Shown here: one piece after another, positions 1 through 9,611 of the stretch
Layout: each line of letters opens with the position of its first letter
How positions within the stretch are numbered: position 1 is the first letter of the stretch
From: Spirochaetia bacterium
Lineage (GTDB): Bacteria > Spirochaetota > Spirochaetia > SZUA-6 > Bin103
Assembly (NCBI GenBank): GCA_965208575.1
Contig: CBDBOV010000006.1
Location: 416,001 to 480,000, forward strand
Length of the DNA: 64,000 bases
Direction of reading: 5' to 3'
Notes under the pieces: model-generated
Told to the model about the DNA's origin: nothing
Database searches by the model: none
What the model saw: the letters and a program-made list of their open reading frames with translations, nothing else
Program-made: the position numbers and the translations under genes

Positions 1-183
1 GCCCCTGGTTCTGACGATCGGATCGGGCACCTTGCCGTACACCAGGTATTCCTGCATCTGCGCGCTGTCGATGAGGAACTCCGGTTGAAAGGTCGCGTTC
101 CCCAGGGTCTGGAAGTTATCGATGGCCTGATCGAGATCGGGGACGGGGATTCCCAAGTGATGGAATTTCCAGGTTTCTGGCAT
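1..183 (-). CDS. VOC/glyoxalase family protein, N-terminal part (runs off window edge)
   Basis: Manual translation from ATG at 183: MPETWKFHHLGIPVPDLDQAIDNF...; HH-x-GI-x-V-x-DLD-x-A is a typical VOC N-terminus; not in ORF track because it is truncated. Confidence 0.7.
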   Translation of the reverse strand, partial: MPETWKFHHLGIPVPDLDQAIDNFQTLGNATFQPEFLIDSAQMQEYLVYGKVPDPIVRTRG

Positions 184-383
184 AACCAACCGTACCACAT
201 TCGCCACACAACGATCCCGCCTATCGCCCTTGAGGGTCTGCTCAGCGCGGCACCAAGCCGCGTAACTTGACGGCCAGTAGACAACCAGGCCGGCAGGGCC
301 GTTGCCGCTTGACTGCGCTGCCGGTCGTCCCGCGTCCGCATTTCGGGAGTGTGATTCCCTTTTCCAGATGATAAAATGGGAGC

Positions 384-1544
384 ATGTATCCCAGAATCCT
401 GGACATCCCTCACGAGAGCCGCCAGAGCTTCTTCCTGTTCGGGCCCCGCGGCACCGGCAAGACCACGTGGTTGAAGCAGCGGTTCCCCGATGCGGTCTAC
501 CTCGATCTGCTCGATCACGCGCTCTACCTGGAGTTGTTGGCACAGCCCCAGCGACTGCGCAATCTGATCCCCCCCGGTCATGACGGGTGGGTGGTGCTCG
601 ATGAGGTGCAACGGACGCCTCTCGTACTCAACGAAGTACACCGGCTGATCGAGGAGACGGCAAGCCGTTTCATCCTCACCGGATCGAGCGCGCGCAGTCT
701 GCGCCGGCGCGGCGTCAATCTGCTCGGCGGACGCGCGCACACCCATCGGCTCTACCCGCTGACGGCGCTCGAAGCCGGCGCCGACTTCTCGCTGCCGCGG
801 GCGCTGATCCACGGCCAACTGCCCTCGGCGTATACCCAAGCGGATCCGGAACGCTACCTCGCGTCCTATGTCGAGAACTATCTGCGCCAGGAGGTAATCG
901 AGGAGGGGCGCACCCGCAACCTGGCGGCATTCAGCCGCTTCCTGGAGAGTGCCAGCTTCTCGCAGGCAGCGCCCCTCAACGTGGCCGAGGTGGCGCGCGA
1001 CGTCGGGGTGGACCGCAAGACGGCGGCCGCCTACTTCGACCTGCTCGAAGATCTGCTGATAGCGAGCCGGATTCCGGTATTTGCCCGGCGAGCCAGGCGG
1101 CGCATGACCGTGCACCCCAAGTTCTACCTGTTCGACGCCGGCGTGTACCGTGCGATCCGTCCCTCCGGTCCGGTCGACCGCCCCGAGGAGATCGATGGCG
1201 CCGCGTTGGAGACGCTGGTCTTCCACGAGTTGCGCGCCGCTATCGCCTACCGCTCGCTCAAGCTGGAGTTGTTCTTCTGGCGTACCGCCGCCGGGGCGGA
1301 GGTGGACTTCGTCGCCTACGGCGGCGACGGGCTGTACGCCATCGAGGTCAAGCGCAGCCGCACCGTCCGCCCCGCCGACCTGCGCGGCCTGCGGCAGTTC
1401 AAGAATGACTACCCGATGGCGCGCTGCCTGCTGCTGTTCGGGGGCGACCGCCGCGAATACCGCGATAGCATCGAGCTGCTGCCGGTGGAAGACGCGCTGG
1501 CCGACCCCGCATCAATGCTCGCCCCGCCCCACGAATCGACGTGA
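384..1544 (+). CDS. AAA+ ATPase (AAA_14) with C-terminal DUF4143 / PD-(D/E)XK-like domain
   Basis: Walker A GPRGTGKT, Walker B VVLDEVQ, LTGSS, KFYLFDAG, C-terminal EVDF...AIEVK. Confidence 0.88.
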   Translation: MYPRILDIPHESRQSFFLFGPRGTGKTTWLKQRFPDAVYLDLLDHALYLELLAQPQRLRNLIPPGHDGWVVLDEVQRTPLVLNEVHRLIEETASRFILTGSSARSLRRRGVNLLGGRAHTHRLYPLTALEAGADFSLPRALIHGQLPSAYTQADPERYLASYVENYLRQEVIEEGRTRNLAAFSRFLESASFSQAAPLNVAEVARDVGVDRKTAAAYFDLLEDLLIASRIPVFARRARRRMTVHPKFYLFDAGVYRAIRPSGPVDRPEEIDGAALETLVFHELRAAIAYRSLKLELFFWRTAAGAEVDFVAYGGDGLYAIEVKRSRTVRPADLRGLRQFKNDYPMARCLLLFGGDRREYRDSIELLPVEDALADPASMLAPPHEST

Positions 1545-1643
1545 TGCGTAGCGGATCGATCGATCTATCTATCCGGGGACGCGACTCGTCGCGCACCGCT
1601 GGCGTGTAGCGGTCAGTACACCTTCTCCTCCCCCAGCCAGCCG

Positions 1644-1910
1644 TCAAGCGCCATCGCCGCCGGCGTCGCCGCCGGATGACCGTTCGGCCTCGCGCCGCTC
1701 TTCCTCTTCTTCGCGCTTGGCTTCGATCTTGTCCTTGATGTCGGCGATGCCGACGAAGAACGACACCAGCCCGATCAGCACCGCCACGATCGGAATGCCG
1801 CCCTTGAGGAACTCCAGCATCTCATCCCACCATCCCGGTGACCAGGACACCGGCAACAGGGAGTAGACCGCGAACACGACGAGAATCAGCCCGATCAACA
1901 GTGCTACCAC
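1644..1910 (-). CDS. Small membrane protein (two TM segments, charged tail)
   Basis: Two hydrophobic segments followed by a K/E-rich tail; upstream GGAGGA SD. Confidence 0.75.
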   Translation of the reverse strand: MVALLIGLILVVFAVYSLLPVSWSPGWWDEMLEFLKGGIPIVAVLIGLVSFFVGIADIKDKIEAKREEEEERREAERSSGGDAGGDGA

Positions 1911-2111
1911 GATTGTTCCTCCGACCGCCCTCCCCGACCCGGGAGTGACTGCGCCGCAACACCATACCCGCCCCGCCAGAGATCATCAACGTGCGCTGAG
2001 CTTGTGCGGCGGCTGGAGCGCGGTTGACGCGGATCGGTGCGCGGCAGCACATTGATCGTAATAGCTTGGCAATAGCGCCCCCGACCGCGGCCGGCGGCGA
2101 GAGGAGTCTGC

Positions 2112-2816
2112 ATGTCGAATCGAGATATCAGCCTGAACCCGATCCTGGCGATCCGCGAAAACCGGATCCTGCGCAACGTGTACCTCTGGATGACCGGCGG
2201 CCTGGCGTTCACTGCGGTGATCGCGCTCGGCGTTGCCGGCAATCCGGCGCTGGTGGGCGGCCTGATGCGCAACCCGATCCTGTTCTACGGCCTGGTGGTG
2301 GGCGAGCTGCTGCTGGTGATGTTCATCGCCGCCCGCATCACGCGCCTGTCTCCGACGGCGGCCACCGGCAGCTTCGTGCTGTACGCGGGACTGAACGGCG
2401 TGACCCTCTCGGTGCTGTTCCTGCTGTTCACGCAGCAGAGCATTGCCACGGCGTTCCTGGTGGCCGCCGGCACTTTTGCCGGCGCCAGCGTGTGGGGGTT
2501 CGCCACCAGGCGCGACCTGACCACGGTGGGCCACTACGCCGGCATGGCGGTGTGGGGCATCCTGCTGGCGCTGATCGTGAACATCTTCCTGCGCAGTCCG
2601 GCGCTGGACTACCTGGTGTCGCTCATCGGCGTGGGCGTGTTCGTGGCCCTCACCGCCTACGACACGCAGACCATCAAGCGCTGGAACGAGGATGCCGGTG
2701 CCGATATGGGCGAAGACGATTTCGTCCGACTGTCAATCCTCGGCGCCTTGAAGCTGTACATCGACTTCATCAACATCTTCCTGTTCCTGGTGCGGCTGTT
2801 GGGCTCACGCGAATAG
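2112..2816 (+). CDS. Bax inhibitor-1/YccA family membrane protein
   Basis: ~7 TM segments, VYLWM, YDTQ and ALKLYIDFINIFL motifs; GAGGAG SD. Confidence 0.93.
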   Translation: MSNRDISLNPILAIRENRILRNVYLWMTGGLAFTAVIALGVAGNPALVGGLMRNPILFYGLVVGELLLVMFIAARITRLSPTAATGSFVLYAGLNGVTLSVLFLLFTQQSIATAFLVAAGTFAGASVWGFATRRDLTTVGHYAGMAVWGILLALIVNIFLRSPALDYLVSLIGVGVFVALTAYDTQTIKRWNEDAGADMGEDDFVRLSILGALKLYIDFINIFLFLVRLLGSRE

Positions 2817-2890
2817 TGCTCGCTGGTGCGGCTGCTGGGCTCACGCGAATAGTGCTCGCTGGTGCGGCTGCCCGGCTCACGCGAGTAGTC
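2787..2890. repeat. 36-bp tandem repeat x3 duplicating the 3' end and stop codon of the BI-1 gene
   Basis: Unit CTGGTGCGGCTGYTGGGCTCACGCGAATAGTGCTCG starts at 2787, 2823 and 2859 (third copy degenerate). Confidence 0.9.
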
Positions 2891-2910
2891 GTCACGGACG
2901 CCGGCGCCGG

Positions 2911-3747
2911 TCAGGCGCCGGGGTGAGCCGCGAACAGGCGCCGTAACAGCCGCCACTCGCCCGGGCTGGCACTGGCCGGCAGAATGTTCGGCGCCGGATG
3001 ATGGGGATTCAACAGCACGCCGGCGTGAAGGAACGCCGCGAACACGCCGGCGTGCTGGCAACGCGGGTAGTTTGGCAGCACGTAGATGCCGGTGCGCCGC
3101 CACGCACCCAGGTCTACCGGCCAGTGCGCCGCCGCCGCCAGGCGCTGCGGCGCAGCGCGCGCCAGGTGTCGCAGTGCCGCCGCGGCGCCGCTCAGCAACA
3201 GCGGGGAGACGCTCCCGGCCTCGTGCTGCCCGGCGCCGGCGGCGACCGGCTCGCGCGTGCTGACGGTGACCGGCCCCGCTCCGATCCGGAACGGCAGCCG
3301 GTGCAGCAGCGCCGCCGGACCCTGCTCCAGCCACGCGCCGCCGAGCGGCTGCTGCTCGCACAGCGGCCGCCACCACGCCACCGGGGCCTCCCGCCAGCCG
3401 GGGTCACGCAACGGATCGGCCGCCTCGGCCAGGGTCGCCGGCAGCCGGTCGATCCGCCCGCACAGCAGGCGCCAGGCGGCGTCGACGCTGGCGGCGATGC
3501 CGAACCACCGATGCCCCGGCAGCAGGCCGCGCAGTGTGCGAACCAGGCGCGCGCCATGCACGCTCGGCAGGTTGCCGGCCAAGCCGCGCTCCAGCAGGTT
3601 CTTCAGTTCGCGCCCCAGCCGCGCCGGACGGTGGCCGAGCAGGGCGGCGCCGCCGTCCAGGTAGAGATCCAGGATGCGCCGGCCGTCGGCGGTGTAGAGG
3701 TGGAAGTCGCGCGCGCGGCGCACCGCCGGCAGCGCCACGTCACTCAC
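2911..3747 (-). CDS. Short, degenerate class-III aminotransferase-like protein
   Basis: N-terminus RARDFHLYTADGRRILDLYLDGGAALLGH resembles class-III aminotransferases; GTG start 3747 with GAGGGG SD just after the uvrD stop. Confidence 0.65.
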   Translation of the reverse strand: MSDVALPAVRRARDFHLYTADGRRILDLYLDGGAALLGHRPARLGRELKNLLERGLAGNLPSVHGARLVRTLRGLLPGHRWFGIAASVDAAWRLLCGRIDRLPATLAEAADPLRDPGWREAPVAWWRPLCEQQPLGGAWLEQGPAALLHRLPFRIGAGPVTVSTREPVAAGAGQHEAGSVSPLLLSGAAAALRHLARAAPQRLAAAAHWPVDLGAWRRTGIYVLPNYPRCQHAGVFAAFLHAGVLLNPHHPAPNILPASASPGEWRLLRRLFAAHPGA

Positions 3748-3757
3748 GGTGCGCCCC

Positions 3758-5899
3758 TCACTCGTCGCCGGCGATCGGGTCGAGGTCGACGTAGGCAGCG
3801 ATGAAGGTGGCGTTGCGTCCCGACTGGAAGCGCACGCGCAGCATGGTCTCACCTTCGTTCATCCAGCGCCGTTCCACCACGCCGATGCCGTAGTCGACGT
3901 GGGAGACGCCCTGTCCCTCGCGCAGCGCGCCCGGCTCCTCGGCGCCGTCGTCGCCGGCAACCCGGATCAGCTCCGGCGGGATCTCGGTGAGGAAGCGGCT
4001 CGGCTCGCGCTCGCGGGCGTACCCGAACGCCATGCGCCGCCGGCAAGCGGTGAGATGCAGGGCGAAGCGTGCCCGCGTCACGGCGACGTAGAACAGGCGG
4101 CGCTCCTCTTCCTCTTCCTCGCGCGGACCCGCCAGGCGCGGCGCGGCCGGCTCGCCGGCGGGAAAGATGCCCTCCTCCAGCCCGGTCACGATCACCTGGT
4201 CGAATTCCAGGCCCTTGGTGTTGTGCGCGGTGATCAGCGTCACCGGCGGGGCCGCGCCGGACGCCTCCGGCTCCTGCTCGTCCTGCTCCTCCCCGACGCC
4301 GGCCAGGCGGGCGGTTTCCAGGAACTCGGCCAGCCCGGCGGGGCCGCTGCCGTAGTTGGCGCTGGCGTTGACCAGCTCGTCCAGGTTGAAGGCGCGCGCG
4401 GTGCGCTCCGCCTGGTCCTGCGCCACCACGCGCTCGTACAGGCCGGAGCGCTCCAGCACCGCCCGCACCAGGTCGGCCACGGTGCCGCTCTCCTGCACCT
4501 GGCGCAGCTCGGTCAGCAACCCGGCGAACCCGGCCAGCGCCGCGCGCGATGACCCGCGCCGCGCCGCGGCCAGCGCGGCCGCGGCGGCAATCAGGTCGCC
4601 GCCCGCGGCCCGGGCCTGCTCTGCCACGCGGGCCGCGGTCTTCGGCCCGATACCGCGCCGCGGCTTGCCCGCCGCGCGCCGGAAGGCAACCTCGTCGCGC
4701 GGATTGTACAGCAGTGCCAGGTAGGCCAGGGTGTCCTTGATCTCCTCGCGCTCGTAGAAACGCACCGTGCCCACCACGCGGTACGGGATGCGCTGTGCCT
4801 GGAACAGCGTCTCGAAGGTGCGTGACTGGAAGTTCATGCGATACAGAATGGCGCTCGACCCGCGCCCCCGGCGCACCAGCTCGGCGCAGTAGCGCGCCTC
4901 CTCCTCGGCGTCGAAGAGGTGCGCTACGGTAGGCAGCTCGCCCTGATCCTGGTCGGTCCACAACGTCTTGCCCATGCGGCGCCGATTGTGGCTCACCACC
5001 GCGGAGGCGAGATCGAGGATCGCGCCCGTAGAGCGGTAGTTCTGCTCCAGGCGCACCACCTCGGTGCCGGCGAACCGCTCGGGGAAGGTGAGAAAGCCGT
5101 CCACGTCGGCGCCGCGGAAGCGGTAGATCGACTGGTCGTCGTCGCCCACCACGCACAGGTAGCCGCGCGGCCGGTGCAGGACGCGCAACAGTTCGAACTG
5201 GGCCTGGTTGGCGTCCTGGAATTCGTCGACCAGGATCACGCGGAACCGTTCCTGCACCGTCTTGCGCACCTCGGCATCGCGGCGCAGCAGGGCCGCCGGC
5301 AGCAGGATGAGGTCGCCGAAGTCGACGCCGTTGAGGTCGGCGAGGCGACGCTGGTAGCGGGCGTACAGGCGCGCCATCGGGAACGGCGAGCGGCGCATCG
5401 CCGACAGGTCGCCATCCGGCGCGATGCCGCGGTTCTTGGCCGTCGCGATCCACGCCGCCATCTCGCGGATGTCCCCGGCGAGGTACTCGTCGGCGTCGTC
5501 GGCCGCCACCTGCGACAGGATCTGGCGCACGTCGGCGTCATCGAAGATCGACAGCCGGGCGGGATCGAAACCGAGGCGTTCGCCGTGCACGCGCAGCAGC
5601 CACGACCCGAACGCGTGGAAGGTGCGCACCATGACCCGGTTGCCCGCGTCGCCGCGCCCGTGCTCGGCGACCAGCCGCCGCACCCGCGTACGCATCTCGT
5701 CCGCCGCCTTGTTGGTAAAGGTGACCGCCAGGATGTGGGTGGCCGACACCGCGCCGGTGGTGACCAGGTGCGCCACCTTGGTGGTGATGACGCGTGTCTT
5801 TCCCGAACCGGCCCCGGCCAGGATCAGCAACGGCGCGCCGCGGTGCAGCACCGCCTCGCGCTGGCGCTCGTTCAATGCCGCCAGGCCGCGATCCGACAC
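3758..5899 (-). CDS. uvrD: ATP-dependent DNA helicase UvrD/PcrA
   Basis: AGAGSGKT, VTFTNKAA, LVDEFQD, VGDDDQSIYRFRGA, LEQNYRS, KGLEF, EERRLFYVAVTRA. Confidence 0.95.
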   Translation of the reverse strand: MSDRGLAALNERQREAVLHRGAPLLILAGAGSGKTRVITTKVAHLVTTGAVSATHILAVTFTNKAADEMRTRVRRLVAEHGRGDAGNRVMVRTFHAFGSWLLRVHGERLGFDPARLSIFDDADVRQILSQVAADDADEYLAGDIREMAAWIATAKNRGIAPDGDLSAMRRSPFPMARLYARYQRRLADLNGVDFGDLILLPAALLRRDAEVRKTVQERFRVILVDEFQDANQAQFELLRVLHRPRGYLCVVGDDDQSIYRFRGADVDGFLTFPERFAGTEVVRLEQNYRSTGAILDLASAVVSHNRRRMGKTLWTDQDQGELPTVAHLFDAEEEARYCAELVRRGRGSSAILYRMNFQSRTFETLFQAQRIPYRVVGTVRFYEREEIKDTLAYLALLYNPRDEVAFRRAAGKPRRGIGPKTAARVAEQARAAGGDLIAAAAALAAARRGSSRAALAGFAGLLTELRQVQESGTVADLVRAVLERSGLYERVVAQDQAERTARAFNLDELVNASANYGSGPAGLAEFLETARLAGVGEEQDEQEPEASGAAPPVTLITAHNTKGLEFDQVIVTGLEEGIFPAGEPAAPRLAGPREEEEEERRLFYVAVTRARFALHLTACRRRMAFGYAREREPSRFLTEIPPELIRVAGDDGAEEPGALREGQGVSHVDYGIGVVERRWMNEGETMLRVRFQSGRNATFIAAYVDLDPIAGDE

Positions 5900-5904
5900 G
5901 ACTG

Positions 5905-6660
5905 CTAGTCCTCCGAATCGAACAGAAAATCGCGGTACACGTTGGCCGAAGCCGGCGACACGTACACGAAACGCTGCGCGGGTATTTCCTGGTTGGTGCG
6001 CACGCCGAGAAAGTCGAACCGATGCTCTTCGAGGCCGACGGTGATGCCGGAGATGCGGCGGATCAGATTGCCGGCGGAAATCGCTATTTCGAGCTGTCGG
6101 AATCCCTCGACCGCGGACCTGCTGGTCAGGTTCAGCTTCACCACCAGCTCGCTCGATCCCTGGTCCAGCGGCACCGGGTCGGGACCCTCGAGGTAGGCGA
6201 TGGCATAATTGTTCTGCAAGTAGTCCAGTCCCTGGCGGCTGGCCAGTCCGACCGCTGCGTCGTCGCCGCGGTCACTCAGCTTCTGCTCGAAGATCACGTC
6301 CAGCGCCGGGTAGTAGATGGTGAGCACGGAGCCGTCGCTGACGATCACCTGCCCGGCCGGATCGCTGAAGTCGATGCGCAACAGGTTGGGACGCTTGTAG
6401 GAGAGCCGGCCCGTCATGGTCCCGGTGCGCTGGGTTATGCGGATGTCCGCCTCGTAGTCGTCGATGCCGCGGTAGGTGGCGGCAACCTGGGAAAAGAAAC
6501 TCTCGGCGGTGATTACCGGTTGGGCGCCGGCCGATCCCGCGGCCAGCATCCCGGCCAGCAGCGCAGGCCAGACCCGGCCGCCGGGGACCGGCCGGTGTCG
6601 GCATGCGGACCGGCGACGGCTACCGCCCCGGAAGCGCGGATGCGCGGCTAACACCCCCAC
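5905..6660 (-). CDS. lolA: Outer-membrane lipoprotein carrier LolA-like protein (start uncertain)
   Basis: Signal peptide, G-x-L-x-YKRPNLLRIDF..P..Q.IVSDG, C-terminal F-x-Y-x-x-P. Confidence 0.82.
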   Translation of the reverse strand: MGVLAAHPRFRGGSRRRSACRHRPVPGGRVWPALLAGMLAAGSAGAQPVITAESFFSQVAATYRGIDDYEADIRITQRTGTMTGRLSYKRPNLLRIDFSDPAGQVIVSDGSVLTIYYPALDVIFEQKLSDRGDDAAVGLASRQGLDYLQNNYAIAYLEGPDPVPLDQGSSELVVKLNLTSRSAVEGFRQLEIAISAGNLIRRISGITVGLEEHRFDFLGVRTNQEIPAQRFVYVSPASANVYRDFLFDSED

Positions 6661-7419
6661 CTAGTCATCGTCCACCCGGCTCAACTCCTGGATGCGATCG
6701 CGAAGTTGTGCGGCGCGCTCGTAATCCTCGTTGTTGACCGCGTCGCGCAACTCGCGGCGCAACCGGTCGACCGGCGCGTGTACCTTGTTCGCCTTGATCT
6801 CGCGCAGGGCGGCGCGCAGGTACTGCAGCGAGCGCACCCGCTCGAAATGGAACGTGGGCGTGTCGACTTCCCTGAGGCCCTGCACCTGCTCGATGGCGCG
6901 CTCGATGACCGCGCACGCCTGTGGCTGTTGCTCCTCTCCGAGCAACACCATGGCGCGCGCGGTGGCGTTCATGCGCAGGATATAGGGACGATACTGGAGG
7001 ATGTCGTTCTTGTCGTCCTTGTGGGCGAACCGCTCGACCATTTCGCAGATCTTCAGATTGTGGTTGGTGTCCATGGCGGTACGCTCGTAATCGCCGATCT
7101 GAAACAGGATGTAATAGCGGTAGTAGTAGAGCACGCCCTCGTTGTGCAGCAGGGAGAAGTCGTCGCGTCCGATCCGGAAACCCGAGTCGTCGCCGTGGCG
7201 CTCGCGAAACGCGGAAGCGCGGTCGCGCATCTCCTGCAGCACGCTCTCCTTGCCGAACGGATTGCCGCCGTCGGGCCGGCCTTCCAACTCGTACTGCTCG
7301 ATGCCGAGCGGCTGGCGCACCTGCAACACTTCGCGCCCGTCGCGCGCCGCCACCACCCGGTACTGGTCGTCGGGGTCGAACTCCCACTCGTGGAGGATGT
7401 CTGTGATATCGATACTCAT
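6661..7419 (-). CDS. Conserved protein with C-terminal UVR (UvrB/UvrC) motif
   Basis: C-terminal LRDAVNNEDYERAAQLRDRI; N-terminal DGREVLQVR...GRPDG. Confidence 0.85.
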   Translation of the reverse strand: MSIDITDILHEWEFDPDDQYRVVAARDGREVLQVRQPLGIEQYELEGRPDGGNPFGKESVLQEMRDRASAFRERHGDDSGFRIGRDDFSLLHNEGVLYYYRYYILFQIGDYERTAMDTNHNLKICEMVERFAHKDDKNDILQYRPYILRMNATARAMVLLGEEQQPQACAVIERAIEQVQGLREVDTPTFHFERVRSLQYLRAALREIKANKVHAPVDRLRRELRDAVNNEDYERAAQLRDRIQELSRVDDD

Positions 7420-7530
7420 CTGCTCACCAGGCCGGTGGGCTGGGTCCAAATATAGCTGCTTGGCGGGCGCCGAACAAGGTTGCGCGGCAGCACGCGGGCG
7501 GCCCGGCGGGGCGATGCGGGCGGCGCGGCA

Positions 7531-8502
7531 TCACGGGTTGGGGCGGCGCAGGACGGCCGACGGATTCACCGCGGCGCCCACCTCGCCGGTAGTCAGGAAG
7601 CGCCCGATCTGGTTGGCGATCATGATCGCAACGTTGAGTTGCGCCTCCCAGGACAGGGCGCCGATATGCGGCGTGGCCACTACCCGCGGGTGGCGCGCGA
7701 TCGCCAGGCCGGACGGCGGTTCGGCGGTGAACACGTCGAGCGCCGCACCGGCGACCTGGCCGCTGTCGAGCGCGGCGAGCAGTGCCAGCTCGTCGATTAC
7801 GCCGCCGCGCGAACAGTTGAGCAGGTAGACGCCGCGCTTCATGCGCGCTATTTCGGGGGCGCCGATCAGCCCGCGCGAGGTGGATGTCAACGGCGTATGC
7901 ACGGTGATGAAGTCGGAGTGCGCGAGCACGGCGTCGAGGGCAACCAGCGACACGCGGTGCTCGACCGCCAGGTCGGGGGCGACGTAGGGGTCGTGGGCGA
8001 CGACGTGCATGCCGAGGGCGGCGGCGGAGCGCGCCACCAGCCGGCCGACGTTGCCGATGCCGACGATGCCGAGGGTCTTGCCGAGCAACTGGGTGCCGCG
8101 GAACCGGGTGCGCTCCCAGTGGCCTGCCTTGACCGATGCGTCGGCCGCGGCGATGTGGCGCGCCACGGCGAACAGCAGCCCCACGGTCAACTCGGCCGCG
8201 GCCTGGGCGTTCGCGCCCGGCGTGTTCATTACCAGCACGCCCCGCTCGGTGGCCGCCGCCACGTCGATGTTGTCCACGCCGGCGCCGGCGCGGCCGATCA
8301 CGCGCAGCTCGGTGCCGGCGTCGATCAGGGCGCGATTCACCTGGGTTTGCGAACGCACCAGCAGGCCGGCGCAGGAGGCGACGGCGCGGCGCAACTCGTC
8401 GGCGGCGAGGCCATGGCGTTGCACGACTTCGATGGCCGGGTAGCTGCGCAACTCCTGCACGCCCTGAGCGGCGATCGGCTCGGTCATCAGCACGCGTTGC
8501 AT
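7531..8502 (-). CDS. serA: D-3-phosphoglycerate dehydrogenase-like D-2-hydroxyacid dehydrogenase (no ACT domain)
   Basis: RAGAGVDNID, GIVGIGNVG, NCSRGG, ALDVFTAEP, TPHIGA. Confidence 0.8.
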   Translation of the reverse strand: MQRVLMTEPIAAQGVQELRSYPAIEVVQRHGLAADELRRAVASCAGLLVRSQTQVNRALIDAGTELRVIGRAGAGVDNIDVAAATERGVLVMNTPGANAQAAAELTVGLLFAVARHIAAADASVKAGHWERTRFRGTQLLGKTLGIVGIGNVGRLVARSAAALGMHVVAHDPYVAPDLAVEHRVSLVALDAVLAHSDFITVHTPLTSTSRGLIGAPEIARMKRGVYLLNCSRGGVIDELALLAALDSGQVAGAALDVFTAEPPSGLAIARHPRVVATPHIGALSWEAQLNVAIMIANQIGRFLTTGEVGAAVNPSAVLRRPNP

Positions 8503-8675
8503 GCCCCATGCAAGTATCGCGATTGGCGCGAATAATCAAGCGTCGGTCGGCTGCTGGCGGCTGCGCCACGCGGTTGTCGGGCGGCCGGGCGGCGGATATG
8601 GTGAGCCCGTGACTTATTGTCCGGACAGCACGGTCCGCCGGGGGAAACCTGTGCGTTGGTGTGGTAGTTCCCGGT

Positions 8676-9386
8676 ATGGTGATTGAGACAGTGCTTGCTG
8701 ACGTGTGGATCGTTTCTCTCGGCGGGTCGCTGGTCGCACCCGGCGAGGTCGACACGCGATTCGTAAAGCGCTTCTGCGCCTTGGTGACGGAGCAGGTGGC
8801 CGCGCACCCGGAACGGAAGTTCGTGGTGGTATGCGGCGGCGGCGATCCGGCGCGGCGCTACCAGGCGGCGTATCGCGCGGTAGCGGCGCGGCCCACCGAG
8901 GCGGCCGAGGACTGGGTCGGCATCGCCGCTACCCGGCTCAACGCCGAGTTGATCAAGCAGTTGCTCGGCGAGCTGGCGCCCGCGGAGGTGGTGACAAATC
9001 CCACCACGGTCACCGGCATGGCGGCGCCGGTGCTGGTCGCCGCCGGCTGGAAGCCCGGCTTTTCGCACGACTACGACGCGGCGGTCATCGCCGAGCGCCT
9101 GTCGGCCGCGCACATCGTCAAGCTGTCGAGCGTAGGGCGGATCTACAGCGCCGACCCGCGCACCGACCGGGACGCGCACGCGTACGAGCGCATGTCGTGG
9201 GCGGCGCTGCGGCGCCTGGCCGGCGACCGCTGGAGTCCCGGCCACCATGCCCCGTTCGATCCGATCGCCACCGCACACTGTGCCGCGCTCGGCATCACCC
9301 TCGTGGTGGCCGGCGGCGACCTCGCCAACCTGCGGCGCGTGATCGACGGCGAGCCGTTCGCCGGCACCACGGTTGGTCCCGATTAG
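8676..9386 (+). CDS. pyrH: UMP kinase, archaeal/spirochaete type
   Basis: VSLGGSL, VVCGGG..AR.YQ, D..GIAATRLNA, PGFSHDYDA, PFDPIA. Confidence 0.88.
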   Translation: MVIETVLADVWIVSLGGSLVAPGEVDTRFVKRFCALVTEQVAAHPERKFVVVCGGGDPARRYQAAYRAVAARPTEAAEDWVGIAATRLNAELIKQLLGELAPAEVVTNPTTVTGMAAPVLVAAGWKPGFSHDYDAAVIAERLSAAHIVKLSSVGRIYSADPRTDRDAHAYERMSWAALRRLAGDRWSPGHHAPFDPIATAHCAALGITLVVAGGDLANLRRVIDGEPFAGTTVGPD

Positions 9387-9481
9387 CCGGTTCCGGCGTC
9401 CGCTGCGCGGCGAGCGCCGCATGCCGCGCAGAATTGACAGGCGCCGCCGAAAGGCCATAGGTTTGCGCCCACTGCTCGCAC

Positions 9482-9565
9482 GCCGGCGTGATGAAATTGG
9501 TAGACATGCCAGACTCAAAATCTGGTGGTGGCAACACCGTCTCGGTTCGAGTCCGAGCGCCGGCA
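9482..9565 (+). tRNA. tRNA-Leu (anticodon CAA), CCA not encoded
   Basis: Acceptor GCCGGCG/CGCCGGC+A, D-arm TGGTAGAC, anticodon stem CCAGA-CTCAAAA-TCTGG, long variable arm GGTGGCAACACC, T-arm GTTCGAGT. Confidence 0.96.
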
Positions 9566-9611
9566 TCGCAGTCCCGTGCCAGCTCCGCTGCATGCTCCGT
9601 GCGCTACGGTG

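Noticed and set aside
1550-1575. GATC/TATC tetranucleotide run
   Set aside because: Short and imperfect; at most a weak hairpin between convergent genes
2787-2890. 36-bp repeats as a CRISPR array
   Set aside because: Units are contiguous with no spacers, derive from the BI-1 coding end, and no cas genes are nearby
9482-9565. tRNA-Leu as an integration site
   Set aside because: No duplicated tRNA 3' end or integrase seen; argS follows directly
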